A stretch of 64,000 nt of DNA from an uncultured delta proteobacterium (lineage in GTDB: Bacteria > Myxococcota_A > UBA9160 > UBA4427), in the NCBI GenBank assembly GCA_963822965.1, contig CAWGJT010000008.1:32001-96000 (forward strand), written 5' to 3'. A model generated the notes under the pieces. The model saw only the letters and a list, made by a program, of their open reading frames with translations, had not been told where the DNA came from and made no database searches. Below, piece after piece: positions 8,679-19,223 of this stretch. Position numbers and translations under genes: made by a program. Within the stretch, counting starts at the first letter, position 1. Every line of letters starts with the position of its first letter.

Positions 8679-9671
8679 ATGGCCGAGTACTTCGACTACG
8701 CACGGCAGACACGCCACTACTTCGCGCGCCCACACGACGGGCTGCCGGCGGCGCCCATCGGCGGTCCCCAGGCCTGGCGTGGCGCCGACCTGGCCGGTCG
8801 GCGCGACTGGCACGTACGGCTGTCCGACCGGCAGATCGCCGAGCTGCTGGACGCCCTGGCCCGGGCGACGGCCACGGGAAGGCCCTTGCCGGATCTCCGC
8901 CCCGAGGACTTTCCCCTCCCCACCCTGGCACCGGCGATCGGTGACTGGCGGGACCAGCTCGAGACGGGTCGCGGCTTCCTGCTCGTCTCCGGCGTGCCAG
9001 TCGAGCGACTGAGCGAGGACGAGGCCGGTCGACTCTTCTGGTGTCTCGGCCTGCACATGGGCAACCCGGGCGCCCAGAACGTGAAGGGCGAAACCCTGGG
9101 CCACGTCTACGATACCGGCGAAGACGCCGCGGACCCCTTCGTGCGCCTCTATCGCACCGCTTGCGACATCGCCTACCACTGCGACGCGGCGGACGTGGTG
9201 GCGCTGCTGTGCCTGCAGACGGCGAAGACCGGTGGCGCGAGCCGCATCGTGAGCTCGGTGGCGGTGTTCGACGAGCTGATGCGCCGCCGACCCGATCTGG
9301 TCGCCCGCCTCTTCGAGCCGTTCCAGCTCGACATCCGCAACGAGGACGCCTCGGGCGCGCTCCGGCACATTCCGATCCCGCCCTGCCGCTACGCGGCAGG
9401 GCGTCTGCGAACGTTCTACCACAGCGACTACTTCCGCTCGGCGGTGCGGCACGACGACGTGCCGGACTTCACGCCCGAGGAGCGGGAGCTCGTCGATCTC
9501 TACGAGGAGATCGCAGGAGATCCGTCCTTCTACCTGGACATGGAGCTCGCGCCGGGCGACATCCAGTGGCTCTCCAACCACTCGATCCTCCACGCACGCA
9601 CCGCCTACGAGGACCACCCGGAGCCCGAACGGAAGCGGCATCTGCTGAGGCTGTGGCTCTCCATCGCGTGA
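8679..9671 (+). CDS. TauD/TfdA family Fe(II)/2-oxoglutarate dioxygenase
   Basis: HxD (YHCD), distal NHSILHAR, RHLLRLWL. Confidence 0.9.
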   Translation: MAEYFDYARQTRHYFARPHDGLPAAPIGGPQAWRGADLAGRRDWHVRLSDRQIAELLDALARATATGRPLPDLRPEDFPLPTLAPAIGDWRDQLETGRGFLLVSGVPVERLSEDEAGRLFWCLGLHMGNPGAQNVKGETLGHVYDTGEDAADPFVRLYRTACDIAYHCDAADVVALLCLQTAKTGGASRIVSSVAVFDELMRRRPDLVARLFEPFQLDIRNEDASGALRHIPIPPCRYAAGRLRTFYHSDYFRSAVRHDDVPDFTPEERELVDLYEEIAGDPSFYLDMELAPGDIQWLSNHSILHARTAYEDHPEPERKRHLLRLWLSIA

Positions 9672-9808
9672 GCCCATCGCCCGGGTGGCTCCACCCGCCG
9701 GAAGCGGGCACGCAACTCGCGCCGCAGCGCTCGCCGCCGCAGGGAGAATCCCGGAAGGACCGATCTGCGTGCGCCGGCCGCGCTGCGGCCCGTGGTAACC
9801 TCGCCGCC

Positions 9809-10378
9809 ATGGTCGACGTGCTGACTTGGCTCGCCTCCGGCGCCGTGATCCTCGGGCTCGCGTATGCGCTGACGAGCCTGTTCTGGCGCCCGGAATGCAA
9901 CGTCGACCGCACGAAGCTCGGCCACTGGTTCCGCTCGCTCATCCGTCTCTACGAGAGCGACTCGCTGGTTCGCATCTCGCATCGGGGCTCGTCGGTGCGC
10001 CTTACCCTGCAGCGGCGGGCCGGCGAGGGGTCCCAGTGCTGGGTGGTGCTCTCGTGCCCCAAGGCCCGCTGGATGGCGGCGCCCCTGGGACCGATCCGCG
10101 AGGCCATCGCCCGGGAGCCGCGGGTGCTGATCCTGCCCGACCTTTCCAGGGGCGAGTCCGGAACGAAGCCGGAGTGGCTCGACGTGCAGGTGTCGATCCC
10201 GGACATCTGGTCGAGCGAAGCGGCCGACGTCGTGGTCCGGATCACCCATCGCGTGCTCGACGCCCTGGGCGTCGACGCGAGCGCCCGCTTCGATCTCGAG
10301 TTCATGGGCCAGCAGTCCATGGAGCGCTCCCTCGAGGCCCGCCGCCGGCAGCGGGAGGGCACGCTGGGGGAGTGGTAG
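9809..10378 (+). CDS. Hypothetical protein with N-terminal TM helix
   Basis: MVDVLTWLASGAVILGLAYAL...; fills the gap between co-oriented genes. Confidence 0.6.
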   Translation: MVDVLTWLASGAVILGLAYALTSLFWRPECNVDRTKLGHWFRSLIRLYESDSLVRISHRGSSVRLTLQRRAGEGSQCWVVLSCPKARWMAAPLGPIREAIAREPRVLILPDLSRGESGTKPEWLDVQVSIPDIWSSEAADVVVRITHRVLDALGVDASARFDLEFMGQQSMERSLEARRRQREGTLGEW

Positions 10379-10388
10379 TCTCCTCGGC

Positions 10389-10817
10389 ATGCCCGAATTC
10401 TCTCGCCAGGAAGTCGAAGAAGCCTACCGCCACTTCGTCGCCGTCGGAGACAGCGGCGACTGGAATGCCTGGGCGGACCTCCACAGCGAGGAAGGCGTCT
10501 GGATCGAGCACCACCTCGGGATCTTTCGCGGACGGGAGGCCATCCGGAAGGCCATTCTCGACGTGATGAAGCCGGTCCCGATGATGACCTTCCCGGTGGC
10601 GTGGCACGCGATCGAAGGCGATCGCGTCGTCTACTACCCGTGGCAGGTGCTCCCCGATCCGGCCGGCGGCGACGCCGAGTTCCGCTTCGGCTGCGTGACC
10701 ATCCTCGAGTACGCGGGCGACGGGCTGTGGTCTTCCCAGGAGGACCTCTACAACCCGCGCGAGGCCGAGCAGGTGATCCGGCGCTGGATCGCGGCGGGTG
10801 GCAGGCTCGCCGCGTGA
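10389..10817 (+). CDS. SnoaL/NTF2-like protein
   Basis: [30 protein letters not shown]. Confidence 0.85.
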   Translation: MPEFSRQEVEEAYRHFVAVGDSGDWNAWADLHSEEGVWIEHHLGIFRGREAIRKAILDVMKPVPMMTFPVAWHAIEGDRVVYYPWQVLPDPAGGDAEFRFGCVTILEYAGDGLWSSQEDLYNPREAEQVIRRWIAAGGRLAA

Positions 10818-10869
10818 GGAGGCGCCGCGGGTGTCGGCGCCGAGCCGCGTGCGGTCCGAGCGAGCGGCC

Positions 10870-11454
10870 GTGATCGGCAGCTGCTGCGTCTTCTGCGGCT
10901 CGAGTCCGGGAGCGCGTCCCGCGTACCGGGCGGCCGCCGAGGGCCTGGGCCGGGAGCTGGCCCGTCGCGGCATCCGGCTCGTCTACGGGGGGGCCGCGGT
11001 CGGCCTGATGGGCGCTCTGGCGGATGCGGCGCTGGCGGCCGGGGGCGACGTCGTGGGCGTGATTCCCAACAGCCTCGTCGACATGGAGGTGGCCCACCGC
11101 GGTCTTCCGGAGCTGCGCGTCGTGGCCTCGATGCACGAGCGCAAGTCGCAGATGGCCGAGCTGGCGGACGCGTTCGTCTCGCTTCCCGGCGGGCTCGGCA
11201 CCTTCGAGGAGCAGCTCGAGATCCTCACCTGGGCGCAGCTCGGATCGCACCGGAAGCCCTCGGGCCTGCTCGACGTGTGCGACTACTTCGCGCCCCTGCT
11301 CGCGCTCCTCGATCACGCGGTGGAGGAGCGATTCCTGAAGCCCACCCATCGCGATCTGCTCCTGCGGGCGGACGACCCGGGTGAGCTGCTCGACCGTCTC
11401 GAGGCCTGGGTGCCCGCGGAGGTCGACAAGTGGCTCGACCGCGAGGCGCGTTGA
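10870..11454 (+). CDS. LOG family nucleotide 5'-monophosphate nucleosidase (TIGR00730-like)
   Basis: CVFCGS, LVYGG..GLMG, MHERK and PGGLGTFEE signature. Confidence 0.95.
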   Translation: MIGSCCVFCGSSPGARPAYRAAAEGLGRELARRGIRLVYGGAAVGLMGALADAALAAGGDVVGVIPNSLVDMEVAHRGLPELRVVASMHERKSQMAELADAFVSLPGGLGTFEEQLEILTWAQLGSHRKPSGLLDVCDYFAPLLALLDHAVEERFLKPTHRDLLLRADDPGELLDRLEAWVPAEVDKWLDREAR

Positions 11455-11458
11455 CGCG

Positions 11459-12094
11459 ATGAAGGCCGTGCGCGAGGCGAGCCGCGCCGACCACGCACCG
11501 CTCTCGGCCTGCCTGGCCCGGGCCTTCGAGGACGATCCGGTGTCGTGCTTCCTGTTTCCCCACGACCGGAGCCGCAGTCGCCGGCTGGTTGCGTTCTATC
11601 GGCTGGTGCTGCCCATGCTGTCCGAGCACGGCATCGTCCAGACCGACGACGCCTGTCGGGGCGCCGCGGTGTGGCGGGCGCCGTCGCCGCCTGCCGTGGG
11701 CTCGGTGCGGGCCATGGCGGACGCCGCCCGCATGTTCGCCTTCCTGCGCGGCGCGAGCGCTCGCGCGCTGCAGCTCGAAGGGGCGGTGAACCGCTCGCAT
11801 CCCCGAGAGCCCCACTGGTACCTCGCCGTCCTGGGAACGGAGCCGGTCCTCCAGGGCCAGGGGATCGGGTCGGCGCTGCTCGCTCCGGTGCTCGCGCGCT
11901 GTGACGAGCAGGGGACGCTCGCCTATCTCGAATCCTCGAAGGCCGAGAACGTGCCCTTCTACGAGCGCCACGGATTCCGGGTGACGGACGAGCTGCGCAT
12001 CCCGGACGGTCCGCGCCTGTGGCCGATGGAGCGGGAGCCCGCGAGCCCGCGGGCGCTCAATCGGGCGGCCCCGTCCGCCGATCAGTCCGGGTAG
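11459..12094 (+). CDS. GNAT family N-acetyltransferase
   Basis: AFEDDP, HWYLAVLGT..QGQGIGS, YLESS...NVPFYERHGF. Confidence 0.9.
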   Translation: MKAVREASRADHAPLSACLARAFEDDPVSCFLFPHDRSRSRRLVAFYRLVLPMLSEHGIVQTDDACRGAAVWRAPSPPAVGSVRAMADAARMFAFLRGASARALQLEGAVNRSHPREPHWYLAVLGTEPVLQGQGIGSALLAPVLARCDEQGTLAYLESSKAENVPFYERHGFRVTDELRIPDGPRLWPMEREPASPRALNRAAPSADQSG

Positions 12095-12116
12095 ACGATC
12101 TTCGAGAAGAGGTTCC

Positions 12117-12494
12117 GTGGACGGACGAGCATCCAGCGACGTCGGGCGCCGCATCCCGGTCGGCACCCCGGAGCACTTTCGCTGGCTCCAGGGAATCGTG
12201 AAGGCCGTGCTCGTCCTGAACCTGCTGGACGCACTGCTGACCCTCGTGTGGGTGCGGGCGGGCCTGGCCGTCGAGGCCAACACCCTGATGGACGAGCTGG
12301 TGAACCAGAACGCCGTGCTCTTCGTCGGTGTGAAGCTCGCCCTGGTGGGCATGGGATCCTGGCTGCTCTGGAACCGCCGGCAGTCCCCCGTCGCCGTCGT
12401 CGCGATCTTCGCGGCCTTCCTCACCTACTACTGGGTGCTGCTTCACCATCTCCGCTACGCGAGCCTTCTCGTCCGGAGCGCCTTCGGCGCCTGA
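12117..12494 (+). CDS. DUF5658-like membrane protein
   Basis: LNLLDALLT, EANTLM, FVGVK pattern with 3 TM segments. Confidence 0.7.
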   Translation: MDGRASSDVGRRIPVGTPEHFRWLQGIVKAVLVLNLLDALLTLVWVRAGLAVEANTLMDELVNQNAVLFVGVKLALVGMGSWLLWNRRQSPVAVVAIFAAFLTYYWVLLHHLRYASLLVRSAFGA

Positions 12495-12580
12495 GGGCGC
12501 GAGGCAAGCTCGCCTCGTCCCGGTCGCTTCGTCCGCGACCTCTCCCTGGTGTAGGCTCGTCGCGGCGGGGAGGCGCCTGG

Positions 12581-13129
12581 ATGCGGGTCCACATCGTCGG
12601 AGCGTCGGGATCCGGAACGTCGACCCTGGGCGCGGCGCTCGGCGAGCGGGCGAACGCCTGCCACCTCGATACCGACGACTACTACTGGCTGCCTACGGAC
12701 CCGCCCTTCGAGGAGCCACGGCCGATGCCCGAACGCCTGGCTCGCCTGGAGGCGGATCTCGACGCGGCGCCGCGATTCGTGCTCTCGGGCTCGCTCTGCG
12801 GCTGGGGCGATCCGCTGGTCTCGCGCTTCGAGCAGGTCGTCTTCCTGTTCGTTCCACGGGGTGTGCGTCTGGCGCGCCTGCACGAGCGCGAGCGAGGTCT
12901 CTTCGGCGCCGACGCGCTGGCGCCCGGGGGTCGGATGCACGAGAACCACACCGCGTTCCTCGAGTGGGCGGCGGGCTACGATGCGGGGGGGCTCGACACG
13001 CGCAGCCTGGCGCGACACACGGCGTGGCTCGCGAAGGTGCCCGGCCCCGTGCTTCGCCTGGAGGGCGAGATGTCCGTGGAATCCCAGGTCGCGCAGGTGC
13101 TCCGGGCCATGAGCGAGTCGCCGCGATGA
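12581..13129 (+). CDS. P-loop kinase (adenylate-kinase/topology-modulation-protein-like)
   Basis: IVGASGSGTSTLG, LDTDDYYW, SGSLCGWG; GGAGG RBS. Confidence 0.85.
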   Translation: MRVHIVGASGSGTSTLGAALGERANACHLDTDDYYWLPTDPPFEEPRPMPERLARLEADLDAAPRFVLSGSLCGWGDPLVSRFEQVVFLFVPRGVRLARLHERERGLFGADALAPGGRMHENHTAFLEWAAGYDAGGLDTRSLARHTAWLAKVPGPVLRLEGEMSVESQVAQVLRAMSESPR

Positions 13130-13950
13130 AGGCATCCGCGGGCGAAGCACCGGTCGCGAACGGCAGGCTGCGGTACGAGACGGCCGGCTCGGGTCCGGCG
13201 CTCGTCTTCGTGCACGGCTTCAGCCTGGACCGGCGCTTGTGGGATTCCCAATGGCGCGTCTTCTCCCGCACCCATCGGTGTGTGCGCTACGACTGCCGCG
13301 GCTTCGGCGACTCCACGCAGGCCGACCGTGCTACCGACCCCGAAGGCTCCGGCTACCGCCACGGTGACGATCTCGTCGCCCTGCTCGACCATCTCGACAT
13401 CGCGCACGCCGCGGTCGTCGGGCTCTCGATGGGCGGCGAGGTGGCGCTCGAGGCGACGCTCCGGCACCCGGACCGCTGCAGCCGCCTGGTGGTGGTGGAC
13501 GGGTTCCTGTCGGCACACGCGTTCTCGGCGGAGTGGAAGGCGATCATCCGGCGGGTGGTCGAGGCCGCGCGCCAGGGTGACGTCGCCGAGGCGCGCAGGC
13601 GCTGGCTCGGCTCGCCGCTCTTCGCGCCCGCCTGCGAGCAGCCCGAGGTGGCGGCTCGCCTGCGCGAGATGGTCGAAGGCTACTCGGGGTGGCACTGGCA
13701 GCACCGCGACCCCGGTCGCTTCGAGGTTCCCGCGGAGAAGCTGGCGACGATCGAGGCGCCCACCCTGATCGTGATCGGAGACCGCGACCTCGCGGACTTC
13801 CACGCCATCGCGCGGCAGCTGGCCGCCGCGATTCCCGGCTCGCGCCTCGCGCGGCTGCCCACGGGCCACGTGCCGAATCTCGAGGCCCCGGAGCGGTTCG
13901 ACGCGCTGCTCGCCGCCTTCCTGGCCGAGCCGGGTGGCCGGGCCCGGTGA
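13126..13950 (+). CDS. Alpha/beta hydrolase
   Basis: FVHGF, YDCRGFG, GLSMGG nucleophile elbow, TGHVPNLE. Confidence 0.9.
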   Translation: MKASAGEAPVANGRLRYETAGSGPALVFVHGFSLDRRLWDSQWRVFSRTHRCVRYDCRGFGDSTQADRATDPEGSGYRHGDDLVALLDHLDIAHAAVVGLSMGGEVALEATLRHPDRCSRLVVVDGFLSAHAFSAEWKAIIRRVVEAARQGDVAEARRRWLGSPLFAPACEQPEVAARLREMVEGYSGWHWQHRDPGRFEVPAEKLATIEAPTLIVIGDRDLADFHAIARQLAAAIPGSRLARLPTGHVPNLEAPERFDALLAAFLAEPGGRAR

Positions 13951-15014
13951 CGGTCCCCGTCCGGCTCGAGGACGTGACCGCTGCCTGGCTCGACGAGACG
14001 CTGCACGGCTGCGGGCTGCTCGGATCCGAGCGCGTCGTGGGGGTCGAGCTCGACCCGATCGGCACGTTCAGCAGCCAGCTCGTTCGGGTCCGCCTTCGCT
14101 ACGACGAGACGCGCCCGCGAGGCGACGCTGCGCGCGGGCTGCCGGTGCGCCTCGTGCTGAAGCGCTCGCCGGGGGGCGGCCGGGAGCGGGTCGGCGAGCA
14201 CTTCGCGAACGAGATCCGCTTCTATCGCGAGCTCGCGCGACGGGTTCCCGCACGCCTGGCACGCTTCCATCACGGCGAGGTCGACCCCGAGACCGGAAGC
14301 GGCTTCCTGCTGCTCGAAGACGTTCCCGGCGTGGCCGCGACGGACTGGCTGCACGGCCCGGACGAGGCTCACGCCCGGCTCGCCGTGACCTCGATGGCGC
14401 GACTGCACGCCGCCTTCTGGCAGGCGGTCGACGATCTGGACTGGGTGCCGCACTTCGCGGACCCGGAGCTGCTCGCATCCTTCGAGGAGGCGTACGCCCG
14501 GGGCTGGTCCGCCTGGCGCGGATTCTTCAGCGATGCCGTTCCGGGCTTCGCTCCGCTGGGGGACGCCCTCGTGGGTCGCGTCGTGTCGAGCCACGCGCGG
14601 CTCGGCGACGAGGCGACCCTGCTGCACGGCGACGCCCACGCCGAGAACATGCCGCTCACGGGAAGCCACGAAGCGGCCGGCGGACGCGAGATCGTGATGC
14701 TCGACTGGGCGGCGCTGCGCCGCGGCAACGCGGGAGTGGACCTCGGCTTCTTCCTCCCCATGAGCTTTCCCGCCGAGCGCCGTGGCGCGGTCGAGCGCTC
14801 GCTCGTGGCGCTTCACGGCAGCGTCCTCGAGCAGCACGGCGCGCGGCCGGGCTCGGACCCGTGGCTCGGCTATCGCCGGGGGGTGTTGCGTCGGGTCGCG
14901 CGCATCGTCGGGAGCGCGGAGACCTGGGATCCGGGGGCCGTTTCGGCGCTGCGCATGATCTTCCAGCGCTGCGCGACGGCCGCGGTGGAGCTGCGCGTGG
15001 ACGAGCTGGTCTGA
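13947..15014 (+). CDS. APH/ChoK/ecdysteroid-kinase-like phosphotransferase
   Basis: EIRFY, LLLED, HGDAHAEN (Brenner-like), LDW; GTGA overlap with the upstream stop. Confidence 0.85.
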   Translation: MTVPVRLEDVTAAWLDETLHGCGLLGSERVVGVELDPIGTFSSQLVRVRLRYDETRPRGDAARGLPVRLVLKRSPGGGRERVGEHFANEIRFYRELARRVPARLARFHHGEVDPETGSGFLLLEDVPGVAATDWLHGPDEAHARLAVTSMARLHAAFWQAVDDLDWVPHFADPELLASFEEAYARGWSAWRGFFSDAVPGFAPLGDALVGRVVSSHARLGDEATLLHGDAHAENMPLTGSHEAAGGREIVMLDWAALRRGNAGVDLGFFLPMSFPAERRGAVERSLVALHGSVLEQHGARPGSDPWLGYRRGVLRRVARIVGSAETWDPGAVSALRMIFQRCATAAVELRVDELV

Positions 15015-15109
15015 GCGATCCGTCCCCCGCCGGCCGGCTCGACCGCCGGGACGGTCGCGGGGCTAGAGTCTCGGCTCGCCCACCCGATTGCTGCGAGGAT
15101 GTCCTGGCC

Positions 15110-16006
15110 ATGTCGACCCAGATCACCCAGCCGCCGCGCTGGTTCCTCGAAGCCATCAACACCCCGTACGACCGCCGGGCGGTGCAGGTCGACGGGTGCG
15201 CGATCAACTACCTGCGCTGGGGCGACGCGCGGAAGCCGGGCGTGGTGCTGGTGCACGGGGGAGCCGCCAACGCCCACTGGTGGGCGTTCATCGCTCCGCA
15301 GCTCGCCCGCGGCTACCACGTCGTGGCGCTCGACCTCTCGGGCCACGGAGACAGCGGTCGCCGCGACGAGTATCCGCGCGAGGTGTGGAGCGAGGAGATC
15401 ATGGGCGTGGCCGCCGACGCCGGCATCGTGGGTGCTCCCGTGCTGGTGGGCCACAGCATGGGCGGGTTCGTGTGCATGAACACGGCGGTCCACTACGGCG
15501 AGCGACTGGCGGGCACCATGATCGTGGACTCGCCCGTGCGGCGTCCCGACCCGGAGAGCGAGGAGGGTCATCGCGGCCGCGCGTTCCGCAATCCCAAGAC
15601 GTATGCCACCGCGGAGGAGGCCCGGGCCCACTACCGGCTGGTGCCCGAGCAGCCCTGCGCGAACACGTTCATCATCGACTACATCGCGCGGCACTCGATG
15701 GTCGAGACGAAGGACGGCTTCACGTGGAAGTTCGATCCGAAGATCTTCGTGCAGACGAAGCCCCGCGCGTCCCACGAGCTGCTGCCCCAGGTGCGCTGCC
15801 GGGTGGCGGTGATCCGGGCCGAGTACGGGCTCGTCGATCCCGAGACCGGCGACTACATGTACGAGCTGCTGGGACGCACCTCGCCGGTGATCGAGATTCC
15901 GGACGCCTACCATCACGTGATGCTCGATCAACCCATCGCCATGATCACCGCGGTGCGCGCGCTGCTGGCCGACTGGGAGCACAGCGTGCCCCGCAAGCGT
16001 TCGTGA
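15110..16006 (+). CDS. Alpha/beta hydrolase
   Basis: VHGGAANAHWW, DLSGHGDS, GHSMGG, HHVMLDQP. Confidence 0.92.
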   Translation: MSTQITQPPRWFLEAINTPYDRRAVQVDGCAINYLRWGDARKPGVVLVHGGAANAHWWAFIAPQLARGYHVVALDLSGHGDSGRRDEYPREVWSEEIMGVAADAGIVGAPVLVGHSMGGFVCMNTAVHYGERLAGTMIVDSPVRRPDPESEEGHRGRAFRNPKTYATAEEARAHYRLVPEQPCANTFIIDYIARHSMVETKDGFTWKFDPKIFVQTKPRASHELLPQVRCRVAVIRAEYGLVDPETGDYMYELLGRTSPVIEIPDAYHHVMLDQPIAMITAVRALLADWEHSVPRKRS

Positions 16007-16025
16007 GGCGGGGAGGCGCACCGTC

Positions 16026-16808
16026 GTGAGCGACCGGGGCACCCTGCTCGTCACCGGCGGTGCGCGCGGCATCGGCGCAGCGACGGCCCGGCTCGCGGCC
16101 GCCGCGGGATGGGCGGTGGCCGTGGGCTACCGGGCGGACGCGGACGCCGCGCGGACCGTCGCTGCGGACGTCTCGGCTGCGGGCGGGAAGGCCTGCACGG
16201 TGCAGGGAGACGTGGCGCGGGAGGCGGACGTCCTGCGCATCTTCGAAGAGGCCGAGGAGACGCTCGGCCCGCTCACCGCGCTCGTGAACAGCGCCGGGAT
16301 CGGAGGCAACCGGGGCGCCGTGGCCGACTTCCGCGCCGACGCCCTCGAGCGGCTCTTCGCCGTGAACGTGATCGGCACCCTGCTGTGCTGCCGCGAGGCG
16401 GTCCGGCGCATGTCGACGCGCCGGGGCGGCACCGGCGGGAACATCGTCAACGTGTCCTCGATGGCGGCCAGCATGGGTGGCCGCGCGGGCGCCAGCGACT
16501 ATGCGGCGTCCAAGGCGGCAGTGGACGTCTTCACGGTGGGGCTCGCCAAGGAGGTCGCCGACCAGGGCATCCGGGTGAACGTGGTTCGCCCGGGCATGAC
16601 GATGACCGACATGACGAGCCGGCTCGAGCAGCACCCGAAGCTGCGGGCGCAGGTGGAGGAGACGATCCCCATGCGACGCATCGCAGAGGTGGACGAGATC
16701 GCCCGACCCATCGTGTGGCTGCTCTCCGACGAGGCGTCGTTCGTGTCGGGGACGTTTCTGGACGCCTCGGGCGGCGGCTTCGTGATCGGCTCTCGGCTTC
16801 GGGACTGA
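16026..16808 (+). CDS. SDR family oxidoreductase
   Basis: TGGARGIG, NSAG, YAASK catalytic motif. Confidence 0.95.
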   Translation: MSDRGTLLVTGGARGIGAATARLAAAAGWAVAVGYRADADAARTVAADVSAAGGKACTVQGDVAREADVLRIFEEAEETLGPLTALVNSAGIGGNRGAVADFRADALERLFAVNVIGTLLCCREAVRRMSTRRGGTGGNIVNVSSMAASMGGRAGASDYAASKAAVDVFTVGLAKEVADQGIRVNVVRPGMTMTDMTSRLEQHPKLRAQVEETIPMRRIAEVDEIARPIVWLLSDEASFVSGTFLDASGGGFVIGSRLRD

Positions 16809-16917
16809 AGGCGCGAGCGGGGCCTCGCGCGGCTGGTCGGCCGTGCCGCTCCTTCCCTATGCTCCGCGGCCCGATGGTTCCGGAAGGAGCCCGATCGTTC
16901 CAGAAGGAGAGCATGCC

Positions 16918-17721
16918 GTGGCCGACCCCGCTGTGATCGTCGAGAAGGACGATCACGTCCTCACCGTGACGCTGAATCGACCCGAGAAGAAGAACGCCGT
17001 CAACTGTGAGGTGATGTGCCGGCTCTACGACGCCTGGGTACAGCTCGACTCCGACGACGAGCTGCGCGTCGCCATCCTCACCGGTCGGGGCGACACCTTC
17101 TGTGCGGGGATGGATCTCGGCGAGATCGGCAAGATGCGCACCGGCAAGCCCGACAATCCGTACATGGAGCGCGCCATGAAGGAGCCCGCGCTCATCTACG
17201 GCGCGTGGCTCAAGACCTATCGGCCCACCAAGCCCGTGATCCTTGCCGCCGAGGGCTTCGCGCGGGCCGGCGGAACCGAGATCCTGCAGGGCACCGACAT
17301 CCGCGTCGCCGGGGAGAGCGCCATGTTCGGCGTCACCGAGGTGCAGCGGGGGCTCTTTCCCATGGCGGGGTCGGCGGTGCGGCTGCGCCGACAGATTCCC
17401 TACGCGGTGGCCGCCGAGATGCTGCTGGCCGGTGAGGATCTTCCCGCCCGGCGTGCCCACGAGCTGGGCCTCGTCAACCACGTGGTACCCGACGGCAAGG
17501 CGCTCGAGAAGGCGCGCGAGATCGCGGCCCGCATCGCCGCCAACGGCCCCCTCGCGGTGCGCGGCATCCTGGCCACCCTGCGCGCCACCGAGACGCTCTG
17601 CGAGGAAGACGCCTTCGCGATCGAGCAGCAGCACGGCATGAAGGTGATGTCTTCGCAGGACGCCGCGGAGGGTCCCCGCGCCTTCCTCGAGAAGCGCGCC
17701 CCGAACTTCAAGGGGAAGTAG
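16918..17721 (+). CDS. Crotonase/enoyl-CoA hydratase family protein
   Basis: LNRPEKKNA, FCAGMDL, AGGTE, EGPRAFLEKRAPNFKG; AAGGAG RBS. Confidence 0.92.
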   Translation: MADPAVIVEKDDHVLTVTLNRPEKKNAVNCEVMCRLYDAWVQLDSDDELRVAILTGRGDTFCAGMDLGEIGKMRTGKPDNPYMERAMKEPALIYGAWLKTYRPTKPVILAAEGFARAGGTEILQGTDIRVAGESAMFGVTEVQRGLFPMAGSAVRLRRQIPYAVAAEMLLAGEDLPARRAHELGLVNHVVPDGKALEKAREIAARIAANGPLAVRGILATLRATETLCEEDAFAIEQQHGMKVMSSQDAAEGPRAFLEKRAPNFKGK

Positions 17722-17761
17722 GGGCGGCGCTCCTTCCGGGCGCGTCGGCACCTCGAGCGCG

Positions 17762-18169
17762 TCAGGCGGGCGGGCGCATCAGGACGTCCTGGGCGAGCGC
17801 GGTGTCCATGTACTCCTTGAGGCGGACGATCCGGCCGTCCCGAACCACCACCAGGAAGTGGTACCGGTTGCGGTACGGCACGCCCGAGACGTGCATGCCC
17901 TCGGAGGTGGCCTCGATGGCGACGCGGTCGCCTTCTGCGGTCATGTCGACGATCGTGAACGAGATTCCGTCCGGGAACATGCCGGCGATCATGCCCATTC
18001 CCTCGAGCGCCTGGGCCCGGGTGCGGGTGCCGGAGAACGGGAGCGATCCCGCGGTCCACAGCTCGAAGTCGTCGGCGTAGAGCTCGTCGAGCCTGGCGGT
18101 GTCCGCTCGGGAGATGGCCGCGAGGAGCTCGCGGGCCAGGGCCTTGTTGGGTTCGGGGTCGTTGCCCAT
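17762..18169 (-). CDS. SnoaL/NTF2-like protein (ketosteroid-isomerase-like)
   Basis: AEGDRVA, YRNRY, RDGRIVRLKEYMDT; AGGAGG RBS. Confidence 0.88.
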   Translation of the reverse strand: MGNDPEPNKALARELLAAISRADTARLDELYADDFELWTAGSLPFSGTRTRAQALEGMGMIAGMFPDGISFTIVDMTAEGDRVAIEATSEGMHVSGVPYRNRYHFLVVVRDGRIVRLKEYMDTALAQDVLMRPPA

Positions 18170-18302
18170 GGCTCCTCCTGCCGGGTCTCCGCTCGTTCGC
18201 CGTCCGGGGTGCGCACAGGCTATCAGCTCCGCCGTCGGGTCTCCTCCCTGGTGGCCGGCGGGCGGCGCACTACCCTGTCGCGATCCTGGGAGGCTCGCCG
18301 TC

Positions 18303-18716
18303 ATGCAGCTCCGATCCGCGCTCGTCGCCGCTCTCGTCCTGGCCCTGGGCGTCGGCTGCTCCACGCCCGCCAGCCGCATCGAGGACCGCCAGCAGCTCTT
18401 CGACGGCTACGACGCCAAGGTCCAGGCCGACATCCGGGCCGGCCACGTGCGTCCGGGCTTCGACGAGGACATGGTCTGGATGGCGCTCGGCGATCCCGAC
18501 GACAAGTCGGTGGAGTCCACCGCCGAGGGCGAGGTGCTCGTGTGGCGGTACATGCGGTCGAGCCCCGGGATCGGCCTGTCGGTGGGCGGGGGCAGCTACG
18601 GCGGCACCAGCGTCGGCGGTGGCGTGGGAGTCGGAACGCCCGCCGACAAGGACGTCGAAGCCGAGGTGCGCTTCCGGGACGGCGTGGCCGTCTACGTCAG
18701 GCAGGCGACCGAGTGA
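18303..18716 (+). CDS. Lipoprotein of unknown function
   Basis: GGAGG RBS; lipobox-like LGVGC; Gly-rich strand; weak SmpA/BamE-like 'V..ALG.PD' pattern. Confidence 0.75.
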   Translation: MQLRSALVAALVLALGVGCSTPASRIEDRQQLFDGYDAKVQADIRAGHVRPGFDEDMVWMALGDPDDKSVESTAEGEVLVWRYMRSSPGIGLSVGGGSYGGTSVGGGVGVGTPADKDVEAEVRFRDGVAVYVRQATE

Positions 18717-19120
18717 TCGTCGGCCGGCGGCGCGCGACGCTCGTGCTGCTGGTGGCCGCGGGAGGGCTCGGCTGCGGCGGCCCCGTGCTGTTCTTGCCGG
18801 GCGGAGCGCTTCGGGGCGACGTCGTGGCCGATCCGCCGACCGACTGGCCGTTCGCGGAGTCCGGGCTCCTCGACCTCGAGGTTCGTCCCGACGATCCCTA
18901 CTCGGTGACGATCAGCTACGTGGTGCGGGAAGGCGGCCTGTACATCGATCCGGCCGAGGGCCGCACCTGGCACCGCTGGCTGCGCGAGGACGACCGCGTT
19001 CGCGTGCGCTTCCGCTCCGACGAGCGGGTGTATCCGCTGCGTGCGGTGCTGGTGGGACGCCCGGGCGAGACCCCGGGCTTCGATCCCGACCGCTACGTGT
19101 ACCGGTTGGTTCCGCGCTGA
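18713..19120 (+). CDS. Putative lipoprotein, split-barrel (DUF2255/DDN-like) fold; paralog 1
   Basis: GTGA overlap; GLGC lipobox-like; PGGALRG, PDDPYSV, W...RVRVR, YRLVPR motifs shared with 20237-20704. Confidence 0.7.
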   Translation: MIVGRRRATLVLLVAAGGLGCGGPVLFLPGGALRGDVVADPPTDWPFAESGLLDLEVRPDDPYSVTISYVVREGGLYIDPAEGRTWHRWLREDDRVRVRFRSDERVYPLRAVLVGRPGETPGFDPDRYVYRLVPR

Positions 19121-19223
19121 GCGGGGAAGGACGGGCCCGGCAGGCCGCGACGGCCGTGGTACCGTGCCAGGCCAGGTCGCAGAGCCGAAGACGACACGGC
19201 AGACAGGCCGTAAAGGAGCGGCG